A stretch of 64,000 bases of DNA from an uncultured Gemmatimonadales bacterium. GTDB lineage: Bacteria > Gemmatimonadota > Gemmatimonadetes > Gemmatimonadales > Gemmatimonadaceae. The notes under the pieces are model-generated. The model did not search any database and was not told the DNA's origin. It saw only the letters and a program-made list of their open reading frames with translations. The translations under genes were made by a program, and so were the position numbers. Positions 9,782 through 18,838 of the stretch are shown piece by piece. The DNA is taken from positions 64,001 to 128,000 of the forward strand of contig CAWKNZ010000010.1 in NCBI GenBank assembly GCA_963851265.1. Reading direction: 5' to 3'. Position 1 is the stretch's first letter; every line of letters begins with the position of its first letter.

Positions 9782-10826
9782 GCCGCTCGTGAGCATCCTG
9801 ATCAACAACTACAACTACGGGCACGTGCTCGGCGACGCGATCGACAGCGCGCTCGCCCAGACCTACCCGCGCGTCGAGGTCGTGGTCGTAGACGACGGGT
9901 CGACCGACGATTCGCGCCGCGTGATCGAAAGCTACGGGTCGCGGATCGTCCCGGTTCTGCAGGCCAACGGCGGGCAGTGCGCGGCCGTGAGCGCGGGGTT
10001 CACCGCGAGCCGCGGCGAGATCCTCTGCCTGCTCGACTCCGACGACGTGTTCTTTCCGACGAAGGTCGCGCGCGTGGTCGAGGTGTTCGAGGAGCACGCG
10101 GAGGTCGCGTGGATGAAGCACGCGCTCCAGGTCGCCGACGGGCGTCTGCGTCCGGTTGGCGGGCTCACGCCGCCGATCGCGAAGTCGCGCGTACTGCGCC
10201 CGCGCCCGAGTGCCGCGCTCGAGGACAAGACCCGCTTCGTCGTGTCGTCCGGCGTGTCGGTTCGGCGATCGACCGCGGAGCGCTACCTCCCGATTCCGCC
10301 GGAGCACCTCGCCGAGTGGCGCTTCTGCGCCGACGCATACGTCGGTTTCTGGAGCAGCGTGTACGGCGCCTCGTACGAACTCGCCGAGCCGCTCGGCTAC
10401 TACCGGCGCGAGGATTATCAGCGCGTGCTCACCGACGACGACCTCGTGCTCTGGCTGGAGCGGCAAAACACGCTCGAGACGCGCTTCGCGCGGATGTGGT
10501 CGGAGCACACGGGGCGCGCCGTCCTCGGCTCGGACGTGCGGAAGCATCACTTGATCATCGACACCCTTCGCGGCGCCCCGTTGTTGGCCGGCGCGCGACG
10601 CCGCGAGCTCCTCGCGGGACTCGTCGACCTCTCCCGGATCACACGCGCCGAGCCCGTGCTCGCGGCGCGGCAGGCAGTCGGGCTGCTCGTTGCGTTCGGC
10701 GCTCCGCGCGCCTGGATCGCGCGCCTCTGCCGCGTGCTCGGTGTCGAGCACGCGACGGGCGGCCCACCCGCGAAATCGGGCGAGCGTCCCGCCGTGCCTG
10801 TCAACAGCCTGCATCACTTCACGTGA
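9771..10826 (+). CDS. Glycosyltransferase family 2
   Basis: VSILINNYNY, VVDDGSTDDS, NGGQ, LLDSDD. Confidence 0.9.
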   Translation: MRAEPLVSILINNYNYGHVLGDAIDSALAQTYPRVEVVVVDDGSTDDSRRVIESYGSRIVPVLQANGGQCAAVSAGFTASRGEILCLLDSDDVFFPTKVARVVEVFEEHAEVAWMKHALQVADGRLRPVGGLTPPIAKSRVLRPRPSAALEDKTRFVVSSGVSVRRSTAERYLPIPPEHLAEWRFCADAYVGFWSSVYGASYELAEPLGYYRREDYQRVLTDDDLVLWLERQNTLETRFARMWSEHTGRAVLGSDVRKHHLIIDTLRGAPLLAGARRRELLAGLVDLSRITRAEPVLAARQAVGLLVAFGAPRAWIARLCRVLGVEHATGGPPAKSGERPAVPVNSLHHFT

Positions 10827-12427
10827 GTCGAGCCCGGCGCCTCGACGCGCCTCTGGTCGTCGCAGCGGGCGGCGCGATGACCGTGGGTGCCGTGACCGCG
10901 GTCGCGCCCCCGGCCGGACTCGCGGCTGCCGCCGGCGCGCTCGGGCTCACGCTCGTGTTTTCTAACGTCGCGGAGTTCACGCGGCGTGCGATCGCGCTCC
11001 TCGGCTTCACCCTGACCGGGTACGCATTCCTCGGTAAGGGTTTCGCGTACCTCGGTGCGCCACCGCTCTTCATCGGCGAGATCGCGCTCACCGCGATGCT
11101 GCTCGCGGCGCTCCTCCGAGGTGCATGGGGACCCGTCGTGCGCTCGCCGGTGGTCTACGCGCTCGTCGCGTTTGGGCTCTGGGGCGCGAAGCAGACCGTG
11201 CCCTACTGGTCCACCGCCGGGATCGTCGCCCTGCGCGACGCGGTGCTCTGGGGATACGGCGCGTTCGTGATCACGGTGGCGGCGTTGTTCGCCCGCCGCG
11301 ACACGATGGAGGGCGCGATCCGGGCGTACGGCCGCTACTTCATCTGGCTACCGATCTGGATGCCGTTCTACGGCATCGTCGCCCGGGTCGCGGGCGCGTC
11401 GTCGCCGATCATGCCGGGGTCCGACGTTCCCCTGCTCTACTTCAAGCCCGGCGATGCGGCCGTGCACCTCGCCGGCATCGCGGCATTCGTGCTCCTCGGT
11501 CTCGCGGACACCGTCGGCAGCGAGCGGTCGCCGCTCGAGGCGGCGGCGTGGCGCCCCTGGGCGTGGTGGACGCTCTGGTTCGGCGGAATGGCGGTGGCGG
11601 CGTCCGCCTCGCGCGGCGGCTTTCTCGCGGCGGCGCTCGCCGTCGCGCTCTCGGTCGCCCTGGGCCTGTCACGGCGCCGGCGCGTCGCGTGGTGGCGACC
11701 CGCCGTGACGGCGATGGTCGTCGGCACCGTGTTCGTCGCCGCCAACGTCGACATCGATGTCGGACTGCCGCGCAAGATCTCGTCGCGGCAGTTCGTGTCG
11801 AACGTCCTCAGCATCGGCAGCTCGCACAACGCGGACATCGACCTCGCCGGCACCGTCGAGTGGCGGCTCGCGTGGTGGGACGGCATCCGCAACTACACCC
11901 TGCACGGGCCATACTACTGGAACGGCAAGGGCTTCGGCGTGAACCTCTCGGAGGACGACGGGTTCCGCACGTCCGGCGGTCTCGGCGAGGCGCCCAACCG
12001 CAACCCGCACAGCATCCACTACAACGTCCTCGCGCGCATGGGGGTGCCGGGAGCGGTGCTGTGGGCCGTGCTGCAGCTGACGTTCGTCGCTTCGATGGTC
12101 GCCGCCTACGTGCGCGCGCGCCGCCGCGGCTGGGACTGGTGGGAGCGGGTCAACATCTGGATTCTCGCCTACTGGCTGGCGCTCGTCGTGAACGGGTCGT
12201 TCGACGTGTTCATCGAGGGGCCGCAGGGCGGCATCTGGTTCTGGTCGGTGATCGGGCTCGGCGTGGCGGCGCTCGACGCGCAGCGCCGCCACGCCCGGGC
12301 GTCAGGCGCCCGGCCGGTCTCCGCGCCCGGTCACGGCGCGGGCGCCATCGCACCCGACGTCGTGCGCGTCGCGGCCGTGCCGCTCGCGTCGACGCCGTAC
12401 GCGCGCCACTCGGACCATCGGCGGTAG
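10823..12427 (+). CDS. O-antigen polymerase/ligase-like membrane protein (Wzy_C)
   Basis: Multi-TM; SASRGG, WRLAWW, GKGFG, PHSIHYNVLARMGVPG motifs. Confidence 0.8.
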   Translation: MSRARRLDAPLVVAAGGAMTVGAVTAVAPPAGLAAAAGALGLTLVFSNVAEFTRRAIALLGFTLTGYAFLGKGFAYLGAPPLFIGEIALTAMLLAALLRGAWGPVVRSPVVYALVAFGLWGAKQTVPYWSTAGIVALRDAVLWGYGAFVITVAALFARRDTMEGAIRAYGRYFIWLPIWMPFYGIVARVAGASSPIMPGSDVPLLYFKPGDAAVHLAGIAAFVLLGLADTVGSERSPLEAAAWRPWAWWTLWFGGMAVAASASRGGFLAAALAVALSVALGLSRRRRVAWWRPAVTAMVVGTVFVAANVDIDVGLPRKISSRQFVSNVLSIGSSHNADIDLAGTVEWRLAWWDGIRNYTLHGPYYWNGKGFGVNLSEDDGFRTSGGLGEAPNRNPHSIHYNVLARMGVPGAVLWAVLQLTFVASMVAAYVRARRRGWDWWERVNIWILAYWLALVVNGSFDVFIEGPQGGIWFWSVIGLGVAALDAQRRHARASGARPVSAPGHGAGAIAPDVVRVAAVPLASTPYARHSDHRR

Positions 12428-13917
12428 TCCCCGGCCCAGTTGTAGGGACGGGGGTTCTGCCCGAGGGTGTACGTGTTCCGCTCGAATCGGTTGTTGCGCG
12501 TGTAGATGGTGCTGTCGACATCGGACACCGCGCCGGCGCTGCGCGCCCACTCCCACGTCGTCCCCACGTCAATGGTGTTGTCGTGCACGTAGACGTTCTG
12601 CACGAGGTACTGGCCGTAGGCGCCGCCGCCGCGCGCCTGCTGAACGAGCGCGATCCCCGTCGCGTTGTCGCGGAGCGTGTTGCCGTAGACCTCGACGTTC
12701 GGCGACGCGTGGACGCCGATGCCCGCGCCCCAGAGCCAGTAGTTCTTGCGCACGTCCTGCTGCCCGTTCCCGACGAGCGTGTTGTTGCGGATCACGCAGC
12801 CCGGCCCGTTGGTCTCGTGCGCGATGCCCTCGCGCACGTTGTACTCGACGCGGTTGCCTTCGTAGAGCACGTCGCGGTTGTCGATGTCGGTCCACAGGCC
12901 GACGCCGCCGTTGTGGTGGCTGTAGTTGTTTCGCACCGCCGCCCAGCGGGTCTTCACGAGCTTCCCGCCCCCGCCCTCGAAGTCCATGTTCGAAGCCGTG
13001 GGGTTGTTGTAGGCGATCTCGTTGCCCTCGATCACGACCGAGTCGCCGATGCCGCCGTAGCCCATCGAGGCGTTGCGGAAGAGCCGCGAGCGGAGCAGGT
13101 GCGTGCGGTTCCCGACGCGGACGCCGAGGTAGCCGTTGTCGCTCACGTCGAGCGAATCGAGTGTCCAGCGCGCGCCGCCGCCGTCCTCCGACAGTCCCGC
13201 CTGGATCGCCCCGGTCTGGAACGGGGGCGCGTACTGCGTCACGACGAGGTTCGTGATCGTGACGTCGTTCGGGTAGGGCTGCTGCTGGCCGAACGTGAAC
13301 GCGAACTGCGTGACACCTTCACCCGTGAGGATCGTGCCTGCGCCCTCACCGCGGAACGTGTCACCGCTCTTCGGAACGACGCTCTGCCGAACGTACCGTC
13401 CGGCCTTGAGCAAGAACGTCGTCCCCGCGGGATTCGCGTCGACGGCCGCCTGGATGCTCTGTTGCGCCGTGAGGACCACCATTGGAGGTACCGGGGCCGT
13501 GACGACCACCCACGTGGTGTCTTGGCGCGTGATCGCGGTCGCGCTCGCGACGACGCGCCCGGTACCGGTACCGATGCCCTTCGCGACGCCGCTCGCGTCG
13601 ACCGTGACGACGGCGGGGTCGATCGACGTCCAGCGAATCGACTTCGCCGCCGCCGTCGGCCCCGAGTAGACGCGGGTGATCGACGTCGTCAGAGCGCGGG
13701 TCGCGCCGACCGAAAGGCGGACGACCACGGCGCCGGGCGGAGGGGTGATCGAGGTGGACGTCACGCCGGCGGCGGTGCCGGACGTCGCGACCGCGCTGAG
13801 CGACGGGGCGACGCCCGCGTGGGGCGCGTCGACGCCGTCCGTCCCGCACGCGGCGGCGACGACGAGCAGGGGAGTCGCGAGGATTGCGGGCACGGGCGCA
13901 AATATGCGCTGGCGCAT
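12331..13917 (-). CDS. Secreted lipoprotein: Ig-like (Big_2) domain plus right-handed parallel beta-helix domain
   Basis: Lipobox VAAAC; WTSIDPAVVTVDASGVAKG (Big_2-like); Asn-ladder repeats such as IEGNEIAYN, VRNNYSHHN, YEGNRVEYN, IRNNTLVGN. Confidence 0.82.
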   Translation of the reverse strand: MRQRIFAPVPAILATPLLVVAAACGTDGVDAPHAGVAPSLSAVATSGTAAGVTSTSITPPPGAVVVRLSVGATRALTTSITRVYSGPTAAAKSIRWTSIDPAVVTVDASGVAKGIGTGTGRVVASATAITRQDTTWVVVTAPVPPMVVLTAQQSIQAAVDANPAGTTFLLKAGRYVRQSVVPKSGDTFRGEGAGTILTGEGVTQFAFTFGQQQPYPNDVTITNLVVTQYAPPFQTGAIQAGLSEDGGGARWTLDSLDVSDNGYLGVRVGNRTHLLRSRLFRNASMGYGGIGDSVVIEGNEIAYNNPTASNMDFEGGGGKLVKTRWAAVRNNYSHHNGGVGLWTDIDNRDVLYEGNRVEYNVREGIAHETNGPGCVIRNNTLVGNGQQDVRKNYWLWGAGIGVHASPNVEVYGNTLRDNATGIALVQQARGGGAYGQYLVQNVYVHDNTIDVGTTWEWARSAGAVSDVDSTIYTRNNRFERNTYTLGQNPRPYNWAGDYRRWSEWRAYGVDASGTAATRTTSGAMAPAP

Positions 13918-13940
13918 GAGCAGGGACCTGATGTGGTGTC

Positions 13941-14042
13941 GTTCGGCAACCCGGCCGGCCTGGCACACAGCGGAAGTGCGTGTGCGGTAGCCCCGTGGCT
14001 TTGCGGCCCCGGCTTTCGCCGGGTGTGCCTTTGTCGCGGCCT
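13941..14042 (-). ncRNA. Cyclic di-GMP-I (GEMM) riboswitch, copy 1
   Basis: Minus strand reads GACAAAGGCACACCCGGC-GAAA-GCCGGGGCCGCAAAGCCACGGGGCTAC...GGGTTGCCGAA: GNRA-capped P2, GCAAAGC junction, 3' GCCGA; about 24 nt before the ATG. Confidence 0.88.
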
Positions 14043-14159
14043 CATTAGGCCTAACGATCGAATGCCGTGCTGCGGCGCGGTCGGATCAACCGCACGGCCA
14101 GGACGCGCAATCCGACCCCGCGTCACGGCGCGTCGCGCGCGCGCGGTGTGGCTCGGCTG

Positions 14160-15515
14160 ATGCGGCCCGTGTTCCGCGCGGCCGCGTCTCGGGTTGCGAC
14201 ACGGCTCTCGCGCCGCGTCTGGTTCGCGTCGGCCGCGCCCTCGATCACGACCTGGATCGGGGAGTCGGTGTTCCGGCGATCCGGCCGACGCGTCGCGGCG
14301 GCCGCCGGGCCCGACGTCGCGCACGCGCGGCGGATCCTCGTCGTGCGCCTCGACAAGATCGGCGACGTCGTCCTCACCACGGCCTTCCTGCGGGAACTCG
14401 CGCGGAGCGCGCCGCGCGCGCGCATCACCGTGGTCGTCAGTCCCGGCATGCGCGTCGTGGTCGACGGCTGCAGCGGCGTCGACGAGGTGCTGACCTACGA
14501 CGCGCGCGCGTCACGCTACCTCGGACCGCTCCGGAACGCTCACGCCGCAGCGTACGCGGCCCGACACCTCTGGCCGCGGCGCTTCGACGTCGCGATCGTG
14601 CCGCGCTGGGACGTCGACTACTACCACGCCGCGGCGCTCGCTTACCTCAGCGGTGCACCCATGCGGCTCGGCGTGTCGGAACGGGTCACGCCGATCAAGG
14701 CGCGCCTCAACCGCGGGTACGACCGCTTTTATACGCATTTGAGCGAAGACGCCGAGGCGCGGCACGAGGTCGAGCACGGATTCTCGCTGCTCCGGCGCGT
14801 GGGGGCCACGGTCGAAGCCGAACACCTCGAGGTGCAGCCGCCGCCGGAGGCCGTCACTTTCGCCGCGGATCTCTTCCGCACGCACGACGTCGCCGCCGAC
14901 GATCTCGTGATCGCGTTCGCGCCCGGGGCGGGCGCGGCGCGGCGGCAGTGGCCGGCCGATCGCCTCGCGACCGTCGCGGCCTGGGTCGCCGCGCAGCCGC
15001 GCGCGCGCGTCGTGCTCCTCGGCGGCTCGGCCGACGCACGGCTCGGCGCGGACCTCGCCCGCGCCGTCGGCGCGGGGGTGATCGATCTCGTCGGGCGCGC
15101 GTCGCTGCCGCAGACCGTCGCCGTTCTCAGACGCTGTGCGCTGTTCGTCGGCAACGACTCGGGCCCAATGCACCTCGCGGCAGCGGCGGGCGCGCGCGTC
15201 GTCGCCGTTTCGTGCCATCCCGAAGGTGGCTCCGCGCTGCACGAAAACGCACCGGAGCGCTTCGCGCCCTGGGGCGTACCGTACACCATCGTGCGCCCTG
15301 CTCACGCTGCTGCACCCTGCGTAGACGGCTGCGAGATGCCGCATCCGCACTGCATCCGCGGCGTCACGGTCGATGCCGTCCGCGCCGCGGTCGCCGAACA
15401 CCTCGCCCAGATCACCCCCCAGTCACCGCTCGCGCACCCCAGCGACGCGCGGTGGCCGGACCACGGCCGCAACTCCCCCTCGCTCACCTCGCCGACCGGA
15501 GAAGGGACACGATGA
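14160..15515 (+). CDS. Glycosyltransferase family 9 (heptosyltransferase-like)
   Basis: ILVVRLDKIGDVV, RHEVE, RQWP, FVGNDSGPMHLAAA. Confidence 0.9.
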   Translation: MRPVFRAAASRVATRLSRRVWFASAAPSITTWIGESVFRRSGRRVAAAAGPDVAHARRILVVRLDKIGDVVLTTAFLRELARSAPRARITVVVSPGMRVVVDGCSGVDEVLTYDARASRYLGPLRNAHAAAYAARHLWPRRFDVAIVPRWDVDYYHAAALAYLSGAPMRLGVSERVTPIKARLNRGYDRFYTHLSEDAEARHEVEHGFSLLRRVGATVEAEHLEVQPPPEAVTFAADLFRTHDVAADDLVIAFAPGAGAARRQWPADRLATVAAWVAAQPRARVVLLGGSADARLGADLARAVGAGVIDLVGRASLPQTVAVLRRCALFVGNDSGPMHLAAAAGARVVAVSCHPEGGSALHENAPERFAPWGVPYTIVRPAHAAAPCVDGCEMPHPHCIRGVTVDAVRAAVAEHLAQITPQSPLAHPSDARWPDHGRNSPSLTSPTGEGTR

Positions 15516-16642
15516 GCACACATCTGCAGGCGCTCCGAACCGCGGCTCGGTCGCGGCCGTACTTCCCCGCCCTCGACGGTCTGCGCGCCGTGTGCGTGCT
15601 CCTCGTCATGACGTCGCACGTGCGTCAGGGATGGGCCGAGGCGCGGCCCGGACTCTTCGACGTGCTACACGGCGCACTGGGCGTATCGGTCTTCTTCGTC
15701 CTGTCCGGATTTCTCATCACGCTACTGTGCCTGCGCGAGGAGTCCGAGACGGGCGGTGTCGACTTTCGCGCGTTCTACCTGCGGCGCGCGTTCCGCCTCT
15801 TTCCGCTGTACTACCTCGTCCTCGGCGTCTACGTCGCGCTGGTCCTCGTGCTCCATCTGGACCCGCGGCGCGCGGCGTTCCGCCAGGCGCTGCCGTACTA
15901 CATGACGTATTTGCAGGAGCTGCCGCACTTCTTCGGGAACGGGACGGCCCCGTTCGAAATCTCGTGGTCGCTCGGGATCGAGGAGAAGTTCTACGTGGTG
16001 TGGCCCGCGCTCGCGTTCGCGCTCACGCACGGCGTCACGCGGCGGTTCGGCGTGGCCGCCGGCGTGCTCGCGCTTACGTTAGGCGCCGCCCCGGCGCTGG
16101 GCGCGCCGGTCAACGTCATCGCCGTCTTCCGCGACTACGGCGTGATCGGGCTCGGCTGCGCGCTCGCCCTCGTCGTCTTCGACGACCGGACCCGGGGCGC
16201 AGTGGCGGGGCTGGCGCGGGGGTGGGTGCCGCTCGTCGCGATCGCCGCGGTCGCCCTGAGCCGAGGCGACGTCTTAGTCGTCGGCGTCGCCACCGCCCTC
16301 GCCCTGCCGGCGCTCGTCGTTCAGGCGGGCCGCGTCTCCGGCGCACTCGCGTGCGGCCCGCTCGTGTGGCTCGGGCAGCGTTCGTACGGCGTGTACCTCG
16401 TGCATCAACTGACGCTGGGCATCGCGCGCAAGTTCGTCCGCGTCCCAGCGGGCGACGCGAACGAGTTCCTGACCTTCGTCGTCGGTCTCGCGCTCACCAT
16501 TCCTGTCGTCGCGGTGCTCTACCGCGCCGTCGAGCGGCCACTCATCGGCGTGGGACGACGCCTCGGCCAGCGGCGGGCACGTGCCGCGGCGACGCCCGAC
16601 GTTCCGCTTGCCTCGATGCCGGCGTCGGTTCCATCGGTCTGA
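15512..16642 (+). CDS. Acyltransferase family 3 (OafA-like O-acyltransferase)
   Basis: LDGLRA, GVSVFFVLSGFLI, FYLRRAFRLFPLY, WSLGIEEKFY, SYGVYLVH, VERP. Confidence 0.92.
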   Translation: MSTHLQALRTAARSRPYFPALDGLRAVCVLLVMTSHVRQGWAEARPGLFDVLHGALGVSVFFVLSGFLITLLCLREESETGGVDFRAFYLRRAFRLFPLYYLVLGVYVALVLVLHLDPRRAAFRQALPYYMTYLQELPHFFGNGTAPFEISWSLGIEEKFYVVWPALAFALTHGVTRRFGVAAGVLALTLGAAPALGAPVNVIAVFRDYGVIGLGCALALVVFDDRTRGAVAGLARGWVPLVAIAAVALSRGDVLVVGVATALALPALVVQAGRVSGALACGPLVWLGQRSYGVYLVHQLTLGIARKFVRVPAGDANEFLTFVVGLALTIPVVAVLYRAVERPLIGVGRRLGQRRARAAATPDVPLASMPASVPSV

Positions 16643-16690
16643 ACGACTACGCGGCCCACTCGCCGGGATGGCGAGCGGGCCGCGTCGTTC
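16641..16690. terminator. Long imperfect hairpin between convergent genes; probable bidirectional terminator
   Basis: gaacgac..cgcggccc.ctcgcc pairs with ggcgag.gggccgcg.tcgttc. Confidence 0.55.
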
Positions 16691-16760
16691 GGGCCGGTTC
16701 CGGGCTCAGCGCCGCGCGCCGGTCACGGCCGCGTCCACGGCGTGAGCCGCGTGGACTACA

Positions 16761-18485
16761 TCACGGCGCGTTGCGGTAGAACGTGCTGTTCGTGTCCATG
16801 CCGAGCCCCTGCCACTGCGGGTCCGTCTTCCAGCCCTGGAACTCGAAGCCCGGGGAGACGTTCGCGGCGATGCGGTGCAGGTAGTAGATGTTGTGCACGA
16901 AGCGGTTATTCCGGCCGTTGAAGATACCCGAGCCGCCGTCGTCCTCGACGAGCCCCGCGGCGACGTCCGCATGGGTCGGCGAGTAGCCCGTTTGCGGGGT
17001 CGTCTGCGTGATCGTGTTGTCGTGCACGTAGAGGTTCTGCACGAGGTATGCGCCGTACGGACCCGATCCCCGGCTCTGCTGAATGCCGGTGATGCCGTTG
17101 AAGTTACCGGACACGGTGTTGCCGTAGATCTCGACGTTGGGCGACGCCGCGATGCCGATGCCCGCGTTCCACAGCCACGCGTTGCCGCGAGGGTCGCGCC
17201 AGCCGTTGTTGGTGACCGTGTTGTTCCGGATCACGGCGTCGTAGCTCTTCTCGCGGAAGATCCCTTCGCACGCGTTGTTGTCGACGCGGTTGTTCTCGAT
17301 GAGGGTGTGGATGTTGCCCTCGTCGGTCCAGAGGCCCACGCCCTGGTTGTCGTGCACGTAATTGCCGCGGATGACCAGGCTGTCGGTGAGCGTCCACTTG
17401 GTGCCGCCCGACTCGAAGTTGAGGTCGCCCGTGCGGCTGTAGTTGCCCCACGCGATCTCGTTGTTCTCCACGAGCACGTAGTTACCCGCGCCCGAGATGT
17501 TCGAGACGTAGTTGTGGTGCACGTTGTTGTTCGTGACGCGCATGCGGTCGCCGACACGGATGCCGAAGTAGCCGCTGTAGCTCACCTCGTTGCTGTCGAC
17601 CACCCAGCCCACGGTCGCGTTGCCCGGGGCACTACCGCCGCTGATCGCGCCGTCCTGGAACGGGGGGGCGTAGTTGGTGATCTTCATCCCGCGGATGGTG
17701 ACGTTGTTCACCCAACCGGTGCCCGCGTAGCCGCGGAATGCCCACTGCGTCCGCCCCTGGCCGTCGAGCACCGTGCCGGGCTCGCCGTGGAACACGTCCC
17801 CGGCTTTCGGGATCACGGTCTGCTGCACGTGCGTCCCCGACTTCAGGATGAACGTGGTGCCGGCCGGCGCCGCGTTCACGGCCGCCTGGATGCTCTGCCC
17901 TGGGTACACCGGCGTGCCGACCAGCACCGGGGCCGGCGGCGGCGCAGCGATGCCCGTACCACCGGTGGTGTTGGCCCACTTCTGATTGCTGCCGCCGCCG
18001 CACGACCAGATCTGCAGTGGGGTGCCGTTCGACGTGCCGAAGTTCGTGGCGTCGAGGCACATGCCGTTGACACCCTTGATCTCGCCGGCCGCCGAAGCGG
18101 TCCACAGCTGGCTCGGCGCGCCCGTACAAGGCCAGATCATCACCGGCGTGCCGTTCGCGCTCAGACCGCCCGACGTGTCGAGGCACATCGTGCCGCCATA
18201 GACGCGGATGGTCTTGTCGCTCTGCCAGGTCCACTGCTGGTTGACGCCGCCGCTGCAGTTCCACAGCTGGAGACCGGCGCCGGCGCTCTGGCTGATGTTG
18301 ACGACGTCCATGCACTGGCCGGACGCGGCAGCGCTGGAGATCGACCCGGCCGTGCCGGTGTTGGGCGTCAGGCTGTAGGCCGGCGCTACTGTGCTGCCGG
18401 TCGGGGCGGTGGCGAGCGTGTGGTCGGAGCACGCCGCACCGCCGAGGGCGAGCACGGCGACCGTTGCTGCACGAGACAACTGCAT
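16761..18485 (-). CDS. Secreted lipoprotein: ricin-B lectin domain plus right-handed parallel beta-helix domain (paralog of 12331..13917)
   Basis: RBS AGGAG; lipobox GGAAC; three QxW ricin repeats (NQQW, SQLW, NQKW) with CxD motifs; beta-helix motifs shared with the paralog. Confidence 0.86.
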   Translation of the reverse strand: MQLSRAATVAVLALGGAACSDHTLATAPTGSTVAPAYSLTPNTGTAGSISSAAASGQCMDVVNISQSAGAGLQLWNCSGGVNQQWTWQSDKTIRVYGGTMCLDTSGGLSANGTPVMIWPCTGAPSQLWTASAAGEIKGVNGMCLDATNFGTSNGTPLQIWSCGGGSNQKWANTTGGTGIAAPPPAPVLVGTPVYPGQSIQAAVNAAPAGTTFILKSGTHVQQTVIPKAGDVFHGEPGTVLDGQGRTQWAFRGYAGTGWVNNVTIRGMKITNYAPPFQDGAISGGSAPGNATVGWVVDSNEVSYSGYFGIRVGDRMRVTNNNVHHNYVSNISGAGNYVLVENNEIAWGNYSRTGDLNFESGGTKWTLTDSLVIRGNYVHDNQGVGLWTDEGNIHTLIENNRVDNNACEGIFREKSYDAVIRNNTVTNNGWRDPRGNAWLWNAGIGIAASPNVEIYGNTVSGNFNGITGIQQSRGSGPYGAYLVQNLYVHDNTITQTTPQTGYSPTHADVAAGLVEDDGGSGIFNGRNNRFVHNIYYLHRIAANVSPGFEFQGWKTDPQWQGLGMDTNSTFYRNAP

Positions 18486-18523
18486 TCCGAACTTCTCCTG
18501 CTTAGGGCCTTCGGTGGGGACCG

Positions 18524-18626
18524 TCCGGCAGCTCGACCAGCATGGCCCCCGTCCGCCTGGAACGGGGGTGGTAGCTTCGAAGCTTTGCGACCCCGACTTT
18601 CGCCGGGTGTGCCTTTGTCGCGGCCT
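18524..18626 (-). ncRNA. Cyclic di-GMP-I (GEMM) riboswitch, copy 2
   Basis: Minus strand GACAAAGGCACACCCGGC-GAAA-GTCGGGGTCGCAAAGCTTCGAAGCTAC...TCGAGCTGCCGGA; 43 of 45 nt identical to copy 1 over the 5' half. Confidence 0.88.
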
Positions 18627-18838
18627 TCCGATGTGCGGAGGCCCTACGACTGCGCCGTCCAGGTGCGTCTTGCGGGGACGGCTGGAGCCTACCCGGGCCG
18701 GTGCCCTCCGCGAAGCGGGCAGATTTGCGCGATTGTGAGCGCAATCACCGATTACGCGGCGTCGCTGATACGGCGTTCTACCCTCAGTGACCGGAAGCTG
18801 CCCGGTGCGTCTTCCGCAGTTTGCGCCGGTCGACCGCG

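Noticed and set aside
13941..18626. The two near-identical 45-nt segments as IS ends or attachment sites
   Set aside because: They match a riboswitch aptamer and lie in 5' leaders; no transposase or integrase is nearby.
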